NCBI RefSeq assembly: GCF_003918875.1 | Contig: NW_025765237.1 | Location: 248,001 to 312,000, forward strand | Reading direction: 5' to 3' | Source: Haliotis rubra | Lineage: Eukaryota | DNA length: 64,000 nt | Part shown: positions 1 to 13,789 of the stretch, piece after piece | Layout of the letters: each line of letters starts with the position of its first letter | How positions within the stretch are numbered: the first letter of the stretch is position 1 | Translations under genes and position numbers: made by a program | Notes under the pieces: generated by a model | Told to the model about the DNA's origin: nothing | Database searches by the model: none | Seen by the model: the letters and a program-made list of their open reading frames with translations, nothing else

Positions 1-1039
1 GCATTTTAATTGACAATTTGATAGCAAGCTGGAATCATGAGATTGTGATAAAAAGGTTCAAGTTGAACAGGAAATATCCACGAAAGGACTGAGCAGATTA
101 TAGCTTCACGTGCTCAGCACCCATCAGCGATAACTTTCTAGATGGTATGTTTATTTCATCATGTCTTTCAAAGAACGAAAAACATGACAATATAATTACA
201 GCGATGAGTGAAAGAAGGCAGGTTTCAACTCTGCTTCAAAGGAAAAGATGTTGAATTGATCTTGGTCAATATCTTACGAGAAAATTACATGAAAATGAAT
301 GCTACGACTTCATTGATGTTTACAAGTAATATCCAAATTCTTTGCATTTAATTTGTTTCAAGAGAAGAGCCATCTTGTTCTAAGTAAGAAATACCCTTTA
401 AACAACAGTTACAGTTCTACAATTCAATCAAGGAAATCCATGATGCTTATTAAACAGTTTTCACAGAGAAACATTTCATTTGAAATTATAACCGCACAAT
501 CAAAGGACTAGTTTTTAATTCTGTGTATTTTCTTCGTAAATCTGCTTCAAGTGATCTGATACTGCGTGAGCAAAGTGGCGTAAACTTCGGTCATTGTAGC
601 TGCCTTCAGCAGAAAGAGCCTTGGGATGAGGTCTTTGAAGTGTAATTAGTTGTTAGGAAAGCAATTGTGATCCTATTGACTGTCATTGATCGAGATCGGC
701 AGAGCAGCCATGTTCAGATCAGAGACAAGAGCATCTCAGCGGAATACAGTACACAATTCATCAGCTCCGCCATCATGACATCTCTGTTTAGCCTGGACAA
801 AGATGAGAAAAGGGTTTGTTTGTGCGATACATATGAAAATCAATGGATAAACTGATGAGACTTCATACATGGGCCACAGGGACCGATATCCTTACAACTG
901 CCCCACACCATAATATTTGTCTGATTATCTCTTATCTTCAAATAATATTATCTGCTATCATCTGCGCTTTTTAACAAACCCAAAGCGGAAAACACAGAGC
1001 TACCAAAGCATTATATTTTGAGAATAACAGACAGCAACA

Positions 1040-1730
1040 GCTCTAATCAGCTGTTAAAGGAGCTGTTTATTGGCCCTATAGGAGCTGATTATCGGCCATA
1101 CAGGAGCTGTTCATTGGCCATACAGGAACTATTAATCGGGCCATGCAGCTGTTTATCTGTAATACATGAGCGGTTTATCAGTCATACAGGAGCTGTTTAT
1201 CAGCCATACATGAGCTGTTTATCAGCCATACAGGAGCTGTTTATCAGCCTTACAGGAACTGTTTATCAGCCATACAGGAACTGTTTATCAGTTATACAGT
1301 AACTGTTTGACAGTCATACAGGAGCTGTTTATGTCATACAATAACTGTAAATCGGTCATACAGGAACTGTTGATTGGCCATACAGGAGCTGTCTATCAGC
1401 CATACAGGAGCTGTTTATCAGCCATACAGGAACTGTTTATCTGCCATAAAATAACTGTTTATCAGCCAGGAGCTGTTGATCAGCCATACAGGAGCTGTTT
1501 AACAGCCACACAGGAACTGTTTATCTTCCATAAAATAACTGTTTATCAGCCAGGAGCTGTTTTTCAGCCATACAGGAACTGTTCATCAGTTATACTGGAG
1601 CTGTTTATGTCATACAATAACTGTTCACCAGCCATACAGGAGCTGTTTAACAGCCATACAGCTGTTTATCAGCCATACAATAACTGTTTATCAGCCAGGA
1701 GATGTTTTTCAGCCATACTGGAGTCTATGA
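1040..1730. repeat. Degenerate ~22-bp minisatellite (CAGCCATACAGGAGCTGTTTAT)
   Basis: About 30 variable copies. Confidence 0.9.
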
Positions 1731-2421
1731 AACTGATCTTTGATCTTATGATCACCAGGATTAATGTCGGTTAATTTTACTAAATGGTGATTTTGGTCTT
1801 TTTGTCGAAAATAGGTAAGATAAATAATCAACTATATTCTTTCCACATAACTGGCTCAGTTAATCACCGATCCATGACGTGATGTATCTGGTTTAGGGCA
1901 ACCGCAACAAGACAAGAGTTCACATATGTAACAATAAATCGAACATACATGACCTCACTTCATGTCTGCCAGTGTGTAGGGCCAGAAATCCTATAATCAT
2001 ACCACTGTAAAACAAACAACTTGGAACACAGAACTACCAGTGCGATATATTTTGAATCAATGCTGTAGATATGGCTGAGGTCAGACTGCCCATAGTAATG
2101 TGTTACCCAACACTTTGTGTCGACGTTACAGCCTTGTACACAATAAACCCTTCTGATCAATCAGGCAAATTGTCATGTGACTGACTGTGACGTAATCATC
2201 CTTTTAAGGTAACAACAACGTACAAACACAGATATACAATATCGATTACAGAATTATTTAAACCGAATGACTTTGCCTGGAGCCACGTACGTTGGTTTAT
2301 GCTTTCATTTGATGTTCAATACAGGCTTTGACAAAAGATGATTTCCGTTACGAACCAGAACATGTGCCTTGTTTGGATGGAGTTGATTCTCTAGCTCACG
2401 CCAATATCTACACTTGGTACT

Positions 2422-3022
2422 CAGTTAAAGAGGCTGTTTCCTCTCAGTCAGGTGTTGTGGTCACACAGTTAAAGGGGCTGTTTCCTCTCAGTCAGGTGTT
2501 GTGGTCACACAGTTAAAGGGGCTGTTTCCTCTCAGTCAGGTGTTGTGGTCACACAGTTAAAGGGGCTGTTTCCTCTCAGTCAGGTGTTGTGGTCACACAG
2601 TTAAAGAGGCTGTTTCCTCTCAGTCAGGTGTTGTGGTCACACAGTTAAAGGGGCTGTTTCCTCTCAGTCAGGTGTTGTGGTCACACAGTTAAAGGGGCTG
2701 TTTCCTCTCAGTCAGGTGTTGTGGTCACACAGTTAAAGGGGCTGTTTCCTCTCAGTCAGGTGTTGTGGTCACACAGTTAAAGGGCTGTTTCTCTCAGTCA
2801 GGTGTTGTGGTCACACAGTTAAAGGGGCTGTTTCCTCTCAGTCAGGTGTTGTGGTCACACAGTTAAAGGGGCTGTTTCCTCTCAGTCAGGTGTTGTCATC
2901 ACACAGTTAAAGGGGCTGTTTCTTCTCAGTCAGGTGTTGTCATCACACAGTTAAAGGGGCTGTTTCCTCTCAGTCAGGTGTTGTCATCACACAGTTAAAG
3001 AGGCTGTTTCCTCTCAGTTAAA
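2422..3022. repeat. 44-bp minisatellite (CAGTTAAAGGGGCTGTTTCCTCTCAGTCAGGTGTTGTGGTCACA), ~13.5 copies
   Basis: Near-identical head-to-tail units. Confidence 0.95.
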
Positions 3023-3067
3023 GTGGTTGTTGTTCACATTCACACTCATCATGACAAGATGAGTTTA

Positions 3068-3590
3068 CATTCACACTGATCACATGGTGACTTCAGATTC
3101 ACACTGATCACACGGTGACTTCAGATACACACTGATCACACGGTGACTTCAGATTCACACTGATCACATGGTGACCAGATACACACTGATCACATGGTGA
3201 CCAGATACACACTGATCACACGGTGACTTCAGATTCACACTGATCACCTGGTGACCAGATACACACTGATCACATGGTGACTTCAGATTCACACTGATCA
3301 CACGGTGACTTCAGATTCACACTGATCACATGGTGACTTCAGATACACACTGATCACACGGTGACTTCAGATTCACACTGATCACACGGTGACTTCAGAT
3401 TCACACTGATCACATGGTGACTTCAGATTCACACTGATCACACGGTGACTTCAGATTCACACTGATCACACGGTGACTTCAGATTCACACTGATCACACG
3501 GTGACTTCAGATTCACACTGATCACACGGTGACTTCAGACTCACACTGATCACACACTGATCACACGGTGACTTCAGATTCACACTGATG
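3068..3590. repeat. 28-bp minisatellite (TTCACACTGATCACACGGTGACTTCAGA)
   Basis: About 18 copies; degenerate copies continue beyond the 3613 element at ~4110. Confidence 0.95.
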
Positions 3591-3612
3591 GTAACAAGGT
3601 GAGTTCACATTC

Positions 3613-4090
3613 AAAACAAGTGTTTGCCACTAATATGGCAATGTCCCCTCCCTCCGTCCCCTCCCCAGCCCCCTAAAGAAGAATGAAATATTTATAGCAT
3701 ATTTACTATTTTTTTATTTCTTGGTTACATACAACATGACTGAAATGACTGGTGTCTGCATTATCACCCAATGTAGGCTGTCAACATAATTGAAGACATT
3801 GGGTGCAATGTTTATGAGATATCACGTTTACATAAGTTTGAAAGGTGGTCAGAGTGTCGTGGTGACCTTGAAAGTAAGGTCAAGGTCACCAAAATCGACT
3901 GGTGTCTGCATAATAACCCAATGTAGGCTGTCACCAAATTTGAAGACATTGGGTACAACAGTTCATGAGATATCTCGTTCACAAGAATCGGGACGTACGT
4001 ACGTACGTACGTACGTATGGATGTAAGTAAGTATGTACGGACACTGCTGAATACCTCGTCCCCCGTTCCGCGTTGCGGTGGGGATAACAA
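3613..4090 (+). mobile_element. Non-autonomous Helentron-like (HINE/DINE-1/pearl-type) element
   Basis: Begins AAAACAAG; has an internal duplicated core (GACTGGTGTCTGCAT...GAAGACATTGGGT), a GTGACCTTGA...TCAAGGTCAC palindrome, an (ACGT)n microsatellite and a 3' GC-rich hairpin ending GGGGATAACAA. Confidence 0.7.
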
Positions 4091-4389
4091 TGATGATGAC
4101 GTGGTTGGTTCACATTCACACTGATGATAAGGTGAGCTAAAAATGTTTCACACTAGAAAATTATATACTTTTTTTAAACGGTTCTAATGTTTTTAAAAAT
4201 TCTGTAAGTTTAATTGATTTAATCTTTGAAATCTCAAACAGTGTTAATTGCTGCTTTTGTTTCAACTTTTGTTATCTTTAAGGAGAACTTCTAAACATAA
4301 CCAGCTCCTCTATGTGAGGTGCCTACACTGACGTCTTTCCCTCACTTGGGGAACTGTGATTAATTCAACAAAACAGATTCTCCAGTACC

Positions 4390-4403
4390 CCACCAGGGGG
4401 CGC
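4390..4403 (+). promoter_or_regulatory. Perfect CTCF core motif CCACCAGGGGGCGC
   Basis: Exact match to the canonical CTCF consensus core; binding not demonstrated. Confidence 0.5.
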
Positions 4404-5244
4404 TTTTTCCATCGTCGCGAACACAACTGTAGCCACATCTACACTCTGCTTCTGTAAACTCAGTGAAGGTTCGTTAAGAAAGGTGATCGAGCTCAGGTGT
4501 GCTGCTACAATTACATGATCTGAGGGTGTTATAGTGTCGAGACACAACATTAGAGACGTGTGCAAATACCACCATCTCTCTCGGAGGCTGAGTGAGTTAC
4601 GACTACACCGTGATGAATCCCAGCAACAGCAGTAACAGCGTTTACATGTCGATAAGTACCTGGATTTACAACTTCACTGCGTGTCTTGCTCAGAAACAGA
4701 CTGAAATAGAATCCGTAAAATGGCTTCCAGATGAGATAAACAGATCTTCATTGATAGTGAAAAACTATTTAACTTCTCTCTTCACTACTGGCTACTTTTT
4801 CATGGTTAATAAACAAACTTCTTTATTTCAAAATCTGCACTTGAAGCATAAACTAGAAAAAAAGACAAAAACTCAGAGATTCTAATTCTGAATATCCCTG
4901 GCTAGACACTTCATTCTTACCAGCAAGAATCCCGTTGACTTAATTACAGGACATTCCACAGCTGAGGCCAACATTCAGCTCAAGTCTGTGTCAGATGTAA
5001 TTAAAAAATTCCAAAATCTGAATTACAAATTATCAATTTAATCTATACAAAACAGTAATTGTATACCTTTGTAAATAAAAGTTTGACTTTATTGCGGACA
5101 TGGCTGATAAACAGAAGATTTTAATGCTTAGTTTCATATTATTGGATTGAACAAAATATCTCAAAATATTACAATATAATACCTCTGAATTTAAGGAAAT
5201 AAGTCAAAAGCCTTTAAGTCAGTGAGTCAGATTCAACCCACAAG

Positions 5245-5446
5245 CTGGGTATCATCACACACTGAAACCTGGGTATGATCACACACTGAAACCTGGGTAT
5301 GATCACACACTGAAACCTGGGTATGATCACACACTGAAACCTGGATATCATCACACACTGAAACCTGGGTATCATCACACTGAAACCTGGGTATGTTCAT
5401 ACTGAAACCTGGGTATCACACACTGAAACCCAGGTATGATCACACA
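5245..5446. repeat. ~24-bp minisatellite (CACACTGAAACCTGGGTATGATCA)
   Basis: About 8 copies. Confidence 0.9.
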
Positions 5447-6456
5447 GTCGTGTAGTTGAATAACAGTCTTTGGAATGTCAACAATCTGAAACCTGGGTCC
5501 CATCTATAGCAAAATATCTTGACTGTCACATTATCCCAGCTACATACAAATATTCAACCTACATCCAATATTAAAGCCATATCACAACTTGCTATGTTAA
5601 AGATACTTGCAAAGAACTGAATCTGGGCCAGACAAGCCTGTGATGCATTGGGTACTGGATACCTATGTTGCCCTGGAAAACCTGGCAGAGATAAGCCATG
5701 TCCATTCTTACCATTAATGAGTAAAAACAGAGCACTGTGTCTTATGTTTAACTTTATCAAAAATATGATACAGGAAAGGTTTAATTATATACATCAATCT
5801 GGACTTCCAAATTAATTCTGGTGCCAGTGTCTTCAATTCATATTGATCATATTCGTGCCTGTCGGTGCTGCCATCTATCATGATCCTGGCAAGTCCAGCT
5901 GCTAGGGTGAGTGTTTGCCCTCATCAAGTCCTTCTGAGACCGTAAATGCCTGCACTGACCACAAGGTTGACCTGTTGACGATCATCATGACACGGGCTTC
6001 ATTAACTCCGTGATCTCTGGGAGTGTTTGACATTGCGCTGACTTCCTGTGATTGAGGGGCGGTGATTGGCACACACCATCATGGACGAGACCTTCGGGTC
6101 ATTAATCATCATGCCCAGAATCATGCAGCGATTGTCCACAGAGAAATCAGGGACTTTCCCCGGTTTGTCGGAGTTGGAGTGTGACAGGCGTTATGTCATC
6201 ATTAGATGAGATGGAACAGGCAATTAGGAAGTTTAATCAATACAAAGGTCAAGGTCAGATTTAATCATTTTAGAAGAAAATCTGAAACTTGGGAAATAAT
6301 TTTGAAGTTCATTACCATGGTATCAGTAAGCCTGACAGGGCAGCTCTCTATCACTTGTAATTGTATGTGATAACTGGTTCAGGAATGTGAGGATGACCTC
6401 AGTTGTTGATCTGATCATGGGGAAATTGGCTAGCGTTGCATCTCTCCCAACACCTA

Positions 6457-6833
6457 CAGTCCGTTTGAGTCAGAAACGGACCGATGAATTGCAAATTTTA
6501 TCATTGTACAAAATTGCCACATAAATACAAATAGTACACATGTTTATCATTTACTAATACCCAACAGCTTTCTTATATTTGAAAATTTTCGGACTCCACC
6601 AAAAAAGTTGTTTAAGAAACTATCATCAGTGAAAACGCAAAAGTTGTTATCTGTCGCGGCAGGGTGAAACCGCAGAAACGGAACAGCCACTATCTCGTCG
6701 TGCACGGGATACACATGCCTAATGAAAAATGAAGTTGAATGCTGACGTGAAACAGTTGATGATTAAAGTGTACGAATTTTGTACAATGATAAATTTTGCA
6801 ATTCATCGGTCCGTTTCTGACTCAAACGGACTG
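6457..6833. mobile_element. Tc1/mariner-type MITE
   Basis: ~57-bp near-perfect terminal inverted repeats (TIRs), CAGTCCGTTTGAGTCAGAAACGGACCGATGAATTGCAAA..., with TA on both sides (6455-56, 6834-35). Confidence 0.85.
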
Positions 6834-7357
6834 TAGTGAGGAGTCCAAGGAGCAGTGTAACTCCTGCAACCTTTAAATTGCTAAAACTGCATAAAACAAC
6901 GAAGAGCCTGCAACTTCGATTTTGCGCCTGCGCACTCGCACATGAAAGAGGAAGTCTCGACCGCATGTTGACATTTTCCAGCTTGGACAAAAGTTTCATT
7001 CATTTTTTAAGTATTTCTGTTGTGTTATTTGGCATTTATCATCATCATACTTGTGTGCACACTTGTTTAGTTTACTTTCCATTCGTTTGAAATGATTGAC
7101 AGTAATTATTTCGACATATTCAATACTTTTGAAGGCGAGGCGATTCACAGTTGCTCGGAAATTGGAAAAGAAGCACGGATCGTAATGCGCATGTGCAGTA
7201 GTCTTTTGTTGCCGTTTTTACTGTTTCAGGAGCGAGGTATTATGTTTATGTTGCTATTTCCACGATCAATGTCGGCTTTTCTGCGTTTTTCTGCACAATG
7301 GCAAAGTTTTCTATGGTAGGCCTGTTGCTGGTCACAAGAGGTGACAGTAAAGATCAG

Positions 7358-7623
7358 GGTGCTGTTGTACAACACAACCTTAGCACTAAGACGACCTTAA
7401 GTCTATGTTAAGGTATGGGAGTTACGGTCACCTTAGCGCTAAGACTACCTTAAGTCTATGTTAAGGTATGGGAGTTACGGTCACCTTAGCGCTAAGACGA
7501 CCTTAAGTCTATGTTAAGGTATGGGAGTTACGGTCACCTTAGCGCTAAGACTACCTTAAGTCTATGTTAAGGTATGGGAGTTACAGTCACCTTAGCGCTA
7601 AGATCGCTTTGTACAACAGCATC
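7358..7623. mobile_element. PIF/Harbinger-like MITE containing a 53-bp x ~4 internal tandem repeat
   Basis: TIRs GGTGCTGTTGTACAA / TTGTACAACAGCATC, 3-bp CAG TSD on both sides, units starting at 7379, 7432, 7485 and 7538. Confidence 0.75.
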
Positions 7624-8057
7624 CAGATGTCACATGCCGTGACTTTATTGATTGGGTGTTACAATAGCCTGACCATGTGGAACCTTACTCATATCAATCA
7701 CTGGATTGTCCCATCCATACTCCATTATCAACAGGCCATCATCATAACACTGAGATAAATCACAGACACCATCACCAATATACAATCTGAAAAGTTTTCC
7801 AGTTATGTCAGCTTGATATGAGAGGGAAGCCAACAATAACACATTGTGTTAAAAACTAATCACATTGGTGAATCCCACAAGTGCTACACTAATGCTATCT
7901 CTGGAGACTACGCACAGATACCAACATCAACACACTAGTATTTGCCATATTATCAACAAGGCAGACACAGAAGTTATTGTCAACAGACCTGAAAGGTGGA
8001 AGTTCAGACAAAGACGTTTTTGTCAACTATACCCTCTTTGCTGCATTTTTAACAATA

Positions 8058-9760
8058 AAACTCTACCCTCCTGACAGAGTAGTCTAGGCTGAAACTCTAC
8101 CTTCCTGACAGTGTAGTCTTGGCTGAAACTCTACCATCCTGACAGTGTAGTCTAGGCTCAAACTCTACCCTCCTGACAGTGTAGTCTAGGCTGAAACTCT
8201 ACCCTCCTGACAGTGTAGTCTAGGCTGAAACTATACCCTCCTGACAGTGTAGTCTACAGGCTGAAACTATACCCTCCTGAAACTGTACCCTAGGCTGACT
8301 CTACCCTCCTGACAGTGTAGTCTAGGGCTGAAACTATACCCTCTCTGACAGTGTAGTCTAGGCTGAAACTCTACCCTCCTGACAGTGTAGTCTAGGCTGA
8401 AACTATACCCCCTCCTGACAGTGTAATCTAGGCTGAAACTCTACCCTCCTGACAGTGTAGTCTAGGCTGTACCCTCCTGACAGTCTAGGCTGAAACTCTA
8501 CCCTCCTGACTGTGTAGTCTAGGCTGAAACTCTACCCTCCTGACAGTGTAGTCTACCCCCTGAGGCTGAAACTCTACCATCCTGACAGTGTAGTCTAGGG
8601 CTGTAAACTCTACCATCCTGACAGTGTAGTCTTGGCTGAAACTCTACCCTCCTGACAGTGTAGATAGGCTGAAACTCTAGACTCCTGACAGTGTAGTCTA
8701 GGCTGAAACTCTACCCTCCTGACAGTGTAGTCTAGGCTGAAACTCTACCCTCCTGACAGTGTAGTCTTGGCTGAAACTCTACCCTCCTGACAGTGTAGTC
8801 TAGGCTGAAACTCTACCCTCCTGACAGTGTAGTCTTGGCTGAAACTCTACCCTCCTGACAGTGTAGTCTAGGTGTAGTCTGGGCTGAAACTCTACCCCTC
8901 CTGACAGTGTAGTCTTGGCTGTGTAGTCTAAAACTCTACCTTCCTGACAGTGTAGTCTTGGCTGAAACTCTACCCTCCTGACAGTGTAGTCTAGGCTGAA
9001 ACTATACCCTCCTGACAGTGTAGTCTTGGCTGAAACTCTACCCTCCTGACTAGTGTAGTCTAGGCTGAAACTCTACCCTCCTGACAGTGTAGTCTTGGCT
9101 GAAACTCTACCTTCCTGACAGTGTAGTCTTGGCTGAAACTCTACCCCTCCTGACAGAGTAGTCTAGGCTGAAACTCTACCTTCCTGACAGTGTAGTCTTG
9201 GCTGAAACTCTACCATCCTGACAGTGTAGTCTAGGCTCAAACTCTACCCTCCTGACAGTGTAGTCTAGGCTCAAACTCTACCCTCCTGACAGTGTAGTCT
9301 AGGCTGAAACTATACCCTCCTGACAGTGTAGTCTAGGCTGAAACTATACCCTCCTGACAGTGTAGTCTTGGCTGAAACTCTACCCTCCTGACAGTGTAGT
9401 CTTGGCTGAAACTATACCCTCCTGACAGAGTAGTCTAGGCTGAAACTCTACCTTCCTGACAGTGTAGTCTTGGCTGAAACTCTACCCTCCTGACAGAGTA
9501 GTCTAGGCTGAAACTCTACCTTCCTGACAGTGTAGTCTTGGCTGAAACTCTACCCTCCTGACAGTGTAGTCTAGGCTCAAACTCTACCCTCCTGACAGTG
9601 TAGTCTAGGCTGTACTATACCATCCTGACAGTGTAGTCTTGGCTGAAACTCTACCCTCCTGACAGTGTAGTCTAGGCTGAAACTCTACCCTCCTGATAGA
9701 GTAGTCTTGGCTGAAACTCTACCCTCCTGACAGTGTAGTCTAAGCTGAAACTCTACCCTC
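8058..9760. repeat. 34-bp minisatellite (AAACTCTACCCTCCTGACAGTGTAGTCTAGGCTG), ~50 copies
   Basis: Long homogeneous array. Confidence 0.97.
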
Positions 9761-10448
9761 TTTAGTGTGCATTCTACTCCTACTCTGGAACTCTACCCTA
9801 TGTGCCCGGTGCCATGGTAATGACTAGTACCATATTTCAACAGCTGTTGGCAGGAACCACCAACCCCCACATGAATGTCCAGAACATCGCAGTGACAATT
9901 CTACCCCCAGTATGTCACACAACAAATCATGGTCTTGTAAACGACTGGTTCATACTTCTGGTATATATACCAGAATTCTGGCTTGGAATAACTTGTAATT
10001 ACCATATCATGAGAGTTAACCTAACATTTCATTACAGTCTTTGGAATTGCCTTTAAAGGAATCTTTACCAATTGCCTTTGCACTCAAAAACTCACAATTT
10101 AATCACAGCAAAGGTGAAATTTAATACATTCATGATATTAGAGTTGAAAATAAACCCCTCGTACATCAGTCTGCTGGAAGCGATTGAAGATAGTTTCTGG
10201 ATCATCATACAGCAGGCATCAGGTTAGGTTAAACTGTCCCGATTTGTCATTTGTCTAACATGACCGATCTAGACGAGAATCTAAAGCAATCATCTTTAAT
10301 ATTAGTGTTTGTAATGGGTCTGCCATGAGATCTTGAATTGCTGAAACAGCATGACGGCATATTCACTCACTCACTATCAGAGGGTTCTGGAGGAACTTAA
10401 AGTTTTGTACTTTTATCTAAGACCCATTCTGAATCTTAAGGTTGGACA

Positions 10449-10685
10449 GTGAGTGAGGGAGTTTAGTTTTACGCCACACTCAGCAATATTCCAGCGTTGG
10501 TCTGTAAATAATCGAGTCTGGACCAGACAATCCAGTGATCAACAGCATGAGCATCGATCTGCGCAGTTGGGAACCGATGACATGTGTCAACCAAGCCAGC
10601 GAGCCTGACCACCCGATCCCGTTAGTCGCCTCTGATGACAAGCATGGGTTATTGAAGGTTCATTCTACCCCAGACCGTCATGTGT
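10449..10685 (-). mobile_element. SINE-B (non-tRNA head, tail shared with SINE-A), full length
   Basis: Reverse complement aligns end to end with 48747-48985. Confidence 0.85.
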
Positions 10686-11864
10686 AGGTTGATCCCAGTT
10701 GACAATTTAACCTAAACATCATTTGTGCACACTGGGCATCAGCAACACAACAACCAAGGCTTTGTGACTTCTTGCCATTCATCCTTTCCTATTAGCTACA
10801 GTAAAAACACCAAACACCAAACGGACCTATCAGATTTCATTACCTAGGGAAGATTTCATGATCCTCAATAGATACAGAAACATATTAGACGTCAGTTTCA
10901 ATTATCATCAGTCACTAGACCAGGCATATTGTTGCCAAGGTTACTGGAGCACCAAGATAATTGTCATCAGTTACTGGGTTAGGAAGAATATCACTACAGC
11001 ATACAATAACCAGAAGCCCTTTATACCCTAAATGCATCCCTACTTTAAAAACCTATTTTCTAAAAATAAAATAAGAATCAGTGAGCCAACTACATATATT
11101 TTTTGTTTTCTAAAACGGAAATAACTTGGAAATAGGGAAGAAAGTCATGCACACTTCGGGCAAGACTTTTGTTTCATCCGCTGAGTGTCGTGGTATGCTG
11201 TCAGTGATGAAATTAACAAAATCCTTGGTTTGAATCAGTTTACCTTTTTTAACTTGGCTTCTTGCATGTGACTTCAGTAGTATCAGTTGCAGCACATCCT
11301 GCACTGTGTGAAAGGGGGAGGGAGGGGGGAGAGAGAGAGTTTGTGGTGAGGGAGGGGTTTGGTGGTTGGGGAGGGAGGGATGGGAGACCAAGTGAGAAGA
11401 AGACAAACAGAAGCAATGATAAACAACAGGGGTGTAGCCAATCAGACATGGTCCCCATGATCAGTCCAGGTCAAGACAACCAGACATTTTCTTGACCTCA
11501 GCAGGGATTTCAAGGTTAATTTTAGACATCAAAAGAACAGAAATATTGGATGTGCAGGTGCTGAACACTGTGTCCCATAACCTCATCATGGCGCCTGTGA
11601 GTTTGAATCCCAGCCTAGCATCAGAACTATACCTGGGCACAGTATCGTTAAGCTGACAGATCTTAACTCAAATGGTTTCAAATTAAGTCAGAATAATCAG
11701 TAGGATCTTAAACGTTTTGTTTGTTTTTTGTTCAGAATTATTGCTTCCTGTAAGCATATGACCTGAGAATGAACACAAATAGTCCACACGAAAGGAGTGT
11801 GTGAGAGAGTGAGTTTGGTTTGTTCCACTTTTAGCAATATTCCAGCATGGCAGACGACACTAGA

Positions 11865-11923
11865 GTGAGTGAGTGAGTTAGTATTTAACGTCACATCGGC
11901 AATAATTCAGCCATATCGTGACG
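11865..11923 (-). mobile_element. 59-bp 5'-truncated retroposon 3' tail with 13-bp TSD
   Basis: TSD AGACGACACTAGA at 11852-11864 and 11924-11936. The insert reverse complement is CGTCACGATATGGCTGAATTATTGCCGATGTGACGTTAAATACTA(ACTC)n. Confidence 0.8.
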
Positions 11924-11957
11924 AGACGACACTAGAAGTGAACTTCATACATTGTAC

Positions 11958-12137
11958 TTTGTCATTTTCATTATGCAAGCGATTTTTATAAATATACTCT
12001 GTACACATTTGTTTTAAACTTTTTGCATATCTAACATTTAAAATGCGTAAATGGTACGCAACAATTATTGTTTCAATGCGTAATTGGAAATTTTCTATGC
12101 GTATTTTACCCGGATACGCAGCTTATCTGGGCCTCTG
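11958..12137. mobile_element. Terminal fragment of a DNA transposon inserted in a SINE-A copy
   Basis: Ends GATACGCAGCTTATCTGGGCCTCTG, the reverse complement of the terminus CAGAGGTACAGATAAGCTGCGTATC at 51752. It interrupts SINE-A at ATTGTAC|CTATGTGGGG. Confidence 0.6.
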
Positions 12138-13789
12138 ACCTATGTGGGGAATCGAACCTGGTTCTTTGGCGTTACAAGTCAATGCTTTAACCATGAGGCT
12201 ACCCCTCCATCCCACCACTTAGGAAAGCATTACAGTATGGCTGTTTGATCTGTTTATCTAAACTGCATGTCAAGCCTGTGCAGTCACAAGACATCAGTTA
12301 ACTGTCATCAGGTAAAGCTAGGGCCATTTCACCAACCTGTCTACAATCACAGACTCCAACTACCATGACTGAGTGTCTCTTGGACTTGATGCAGGAAACA
12401 CCAAGTTTACTCCAGATGAACTTTACTTATGACATTTATCTCTCAAGCCTCGAACAATAACAATGGGTTCCTTATCCAGCAGAGTGAATCAGGTATTATT
12501 CAAGTTCCTTATACAGGAGTGGGCATAGCTAGTCCAGCGGTCTGTGGCGCTGAGATTAACGGTAGGTTTGTGTCTGGTGGGCACCCAGAAACCTGCAATC
12601 ATGGGTTTGAATCCAGGTTAACTGTCGATGACCTGGTCACTTCACAGCAGTACCCCAGCCTGATGGGCCACACTAGACAGAAACACATGTAGTCAGCCGA
12701 ACTGGTTTCATGTCAACCTAACATGGATATGTTTGTGTCATGTTCAAGGGGAGATAACTAGAACCTGATTTACTAAAGGGAGGTAAGTGTTACAGTCACA
12801 TCATCAACAAATTTCTAACATGAAAGCAGCAGCTCACTGTGGGAGCGACAACGGAGGACAGTATAATTACAATAGAGGAACAGAAATCAAAAACCTAAAA
12901 GAGACATCTTTTGTTAACTACCTGCTTGAATATAGGTTAGACTGACTGAAGTTTCTCCTTTGTTCACAGTCTGAATTTACCTGTCTTATTACAAGCAATC
13001 CCTGTCCTCAAACTTTTGATGAGTCATCTGTTTCAGCTGTGCAAGATAAAATTGATGCTTCCTTCATCTTTCTTCCCCTTCCTTCATCTTCATGGCCATG
13101 GCAGCCAAACCTTGAAACACCTTTGATTTATCTTGAAAAATGCTAAAACTGTGACATCCATCAATATTGATGAATTTAATACCATTCTATCTTCAGATGG
13201 ACAAGATTACACTTCAAAATTCCTTGAATGATTAATCACCTTATAATTAGGATCATACTCTTGGGTATTTTGTATGGAACACTTCAAATGCCGTGCTGCC
13301 ATATAAAATGCATCAATATGTTTTCAAAAGCCAGTTGTCGTGTCCAAACAGGCGTCAGACTCTCTGTGAAGACCCCCCTCCTCCCCGACAACACCCACAG
13401 CCACACAGGCACAGATGTGTGCTTTGACGCTTCACAGAAAATTGTGGAGATTTGAAGAGGCTGGTGCAAGATCCATGCATGGGAAGCAATTTAAATTCGG
13501 TAAAATTTCAACAAAGAGTTATTGATCAACACAGTTCCTCTTGTAATGTCTGTGACCTAATAGTTCCATGATTGAAATGATGATGTTGGAAATGCCACTC
13601 ACTACTTACACAGGAAACGGTGGACATATTTGGGAAAAGACACATCATTCAGACACAGTAAACACAGGCATGACACATAAGCAGTAATAACACAGCTGTC
13701 ATGTTTAACACAGATGACATGTTTAACACAGATGTCATGTTTAATACCACCATGACGTCTCACTATATATTGACATTTCACTTTGTAAT

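Larger units (their letters stand above)
11800..12213 (-). mobile_element. SINE-A copy split by two nested insertions
   Basis: Tail at ~11800-11850, body at 11937-11957, head (GGGGAATCGAACC...GGCTACCCC) at 12138-12213. Confidence 0.75.

Noticed and set aside
11110-11406. FITDSIPRH motif resembling an SGNH-esterase block of LINE ORF1
   Set aside because: Too short, no other blocks, and the ORF starts in low-complexity sequence.
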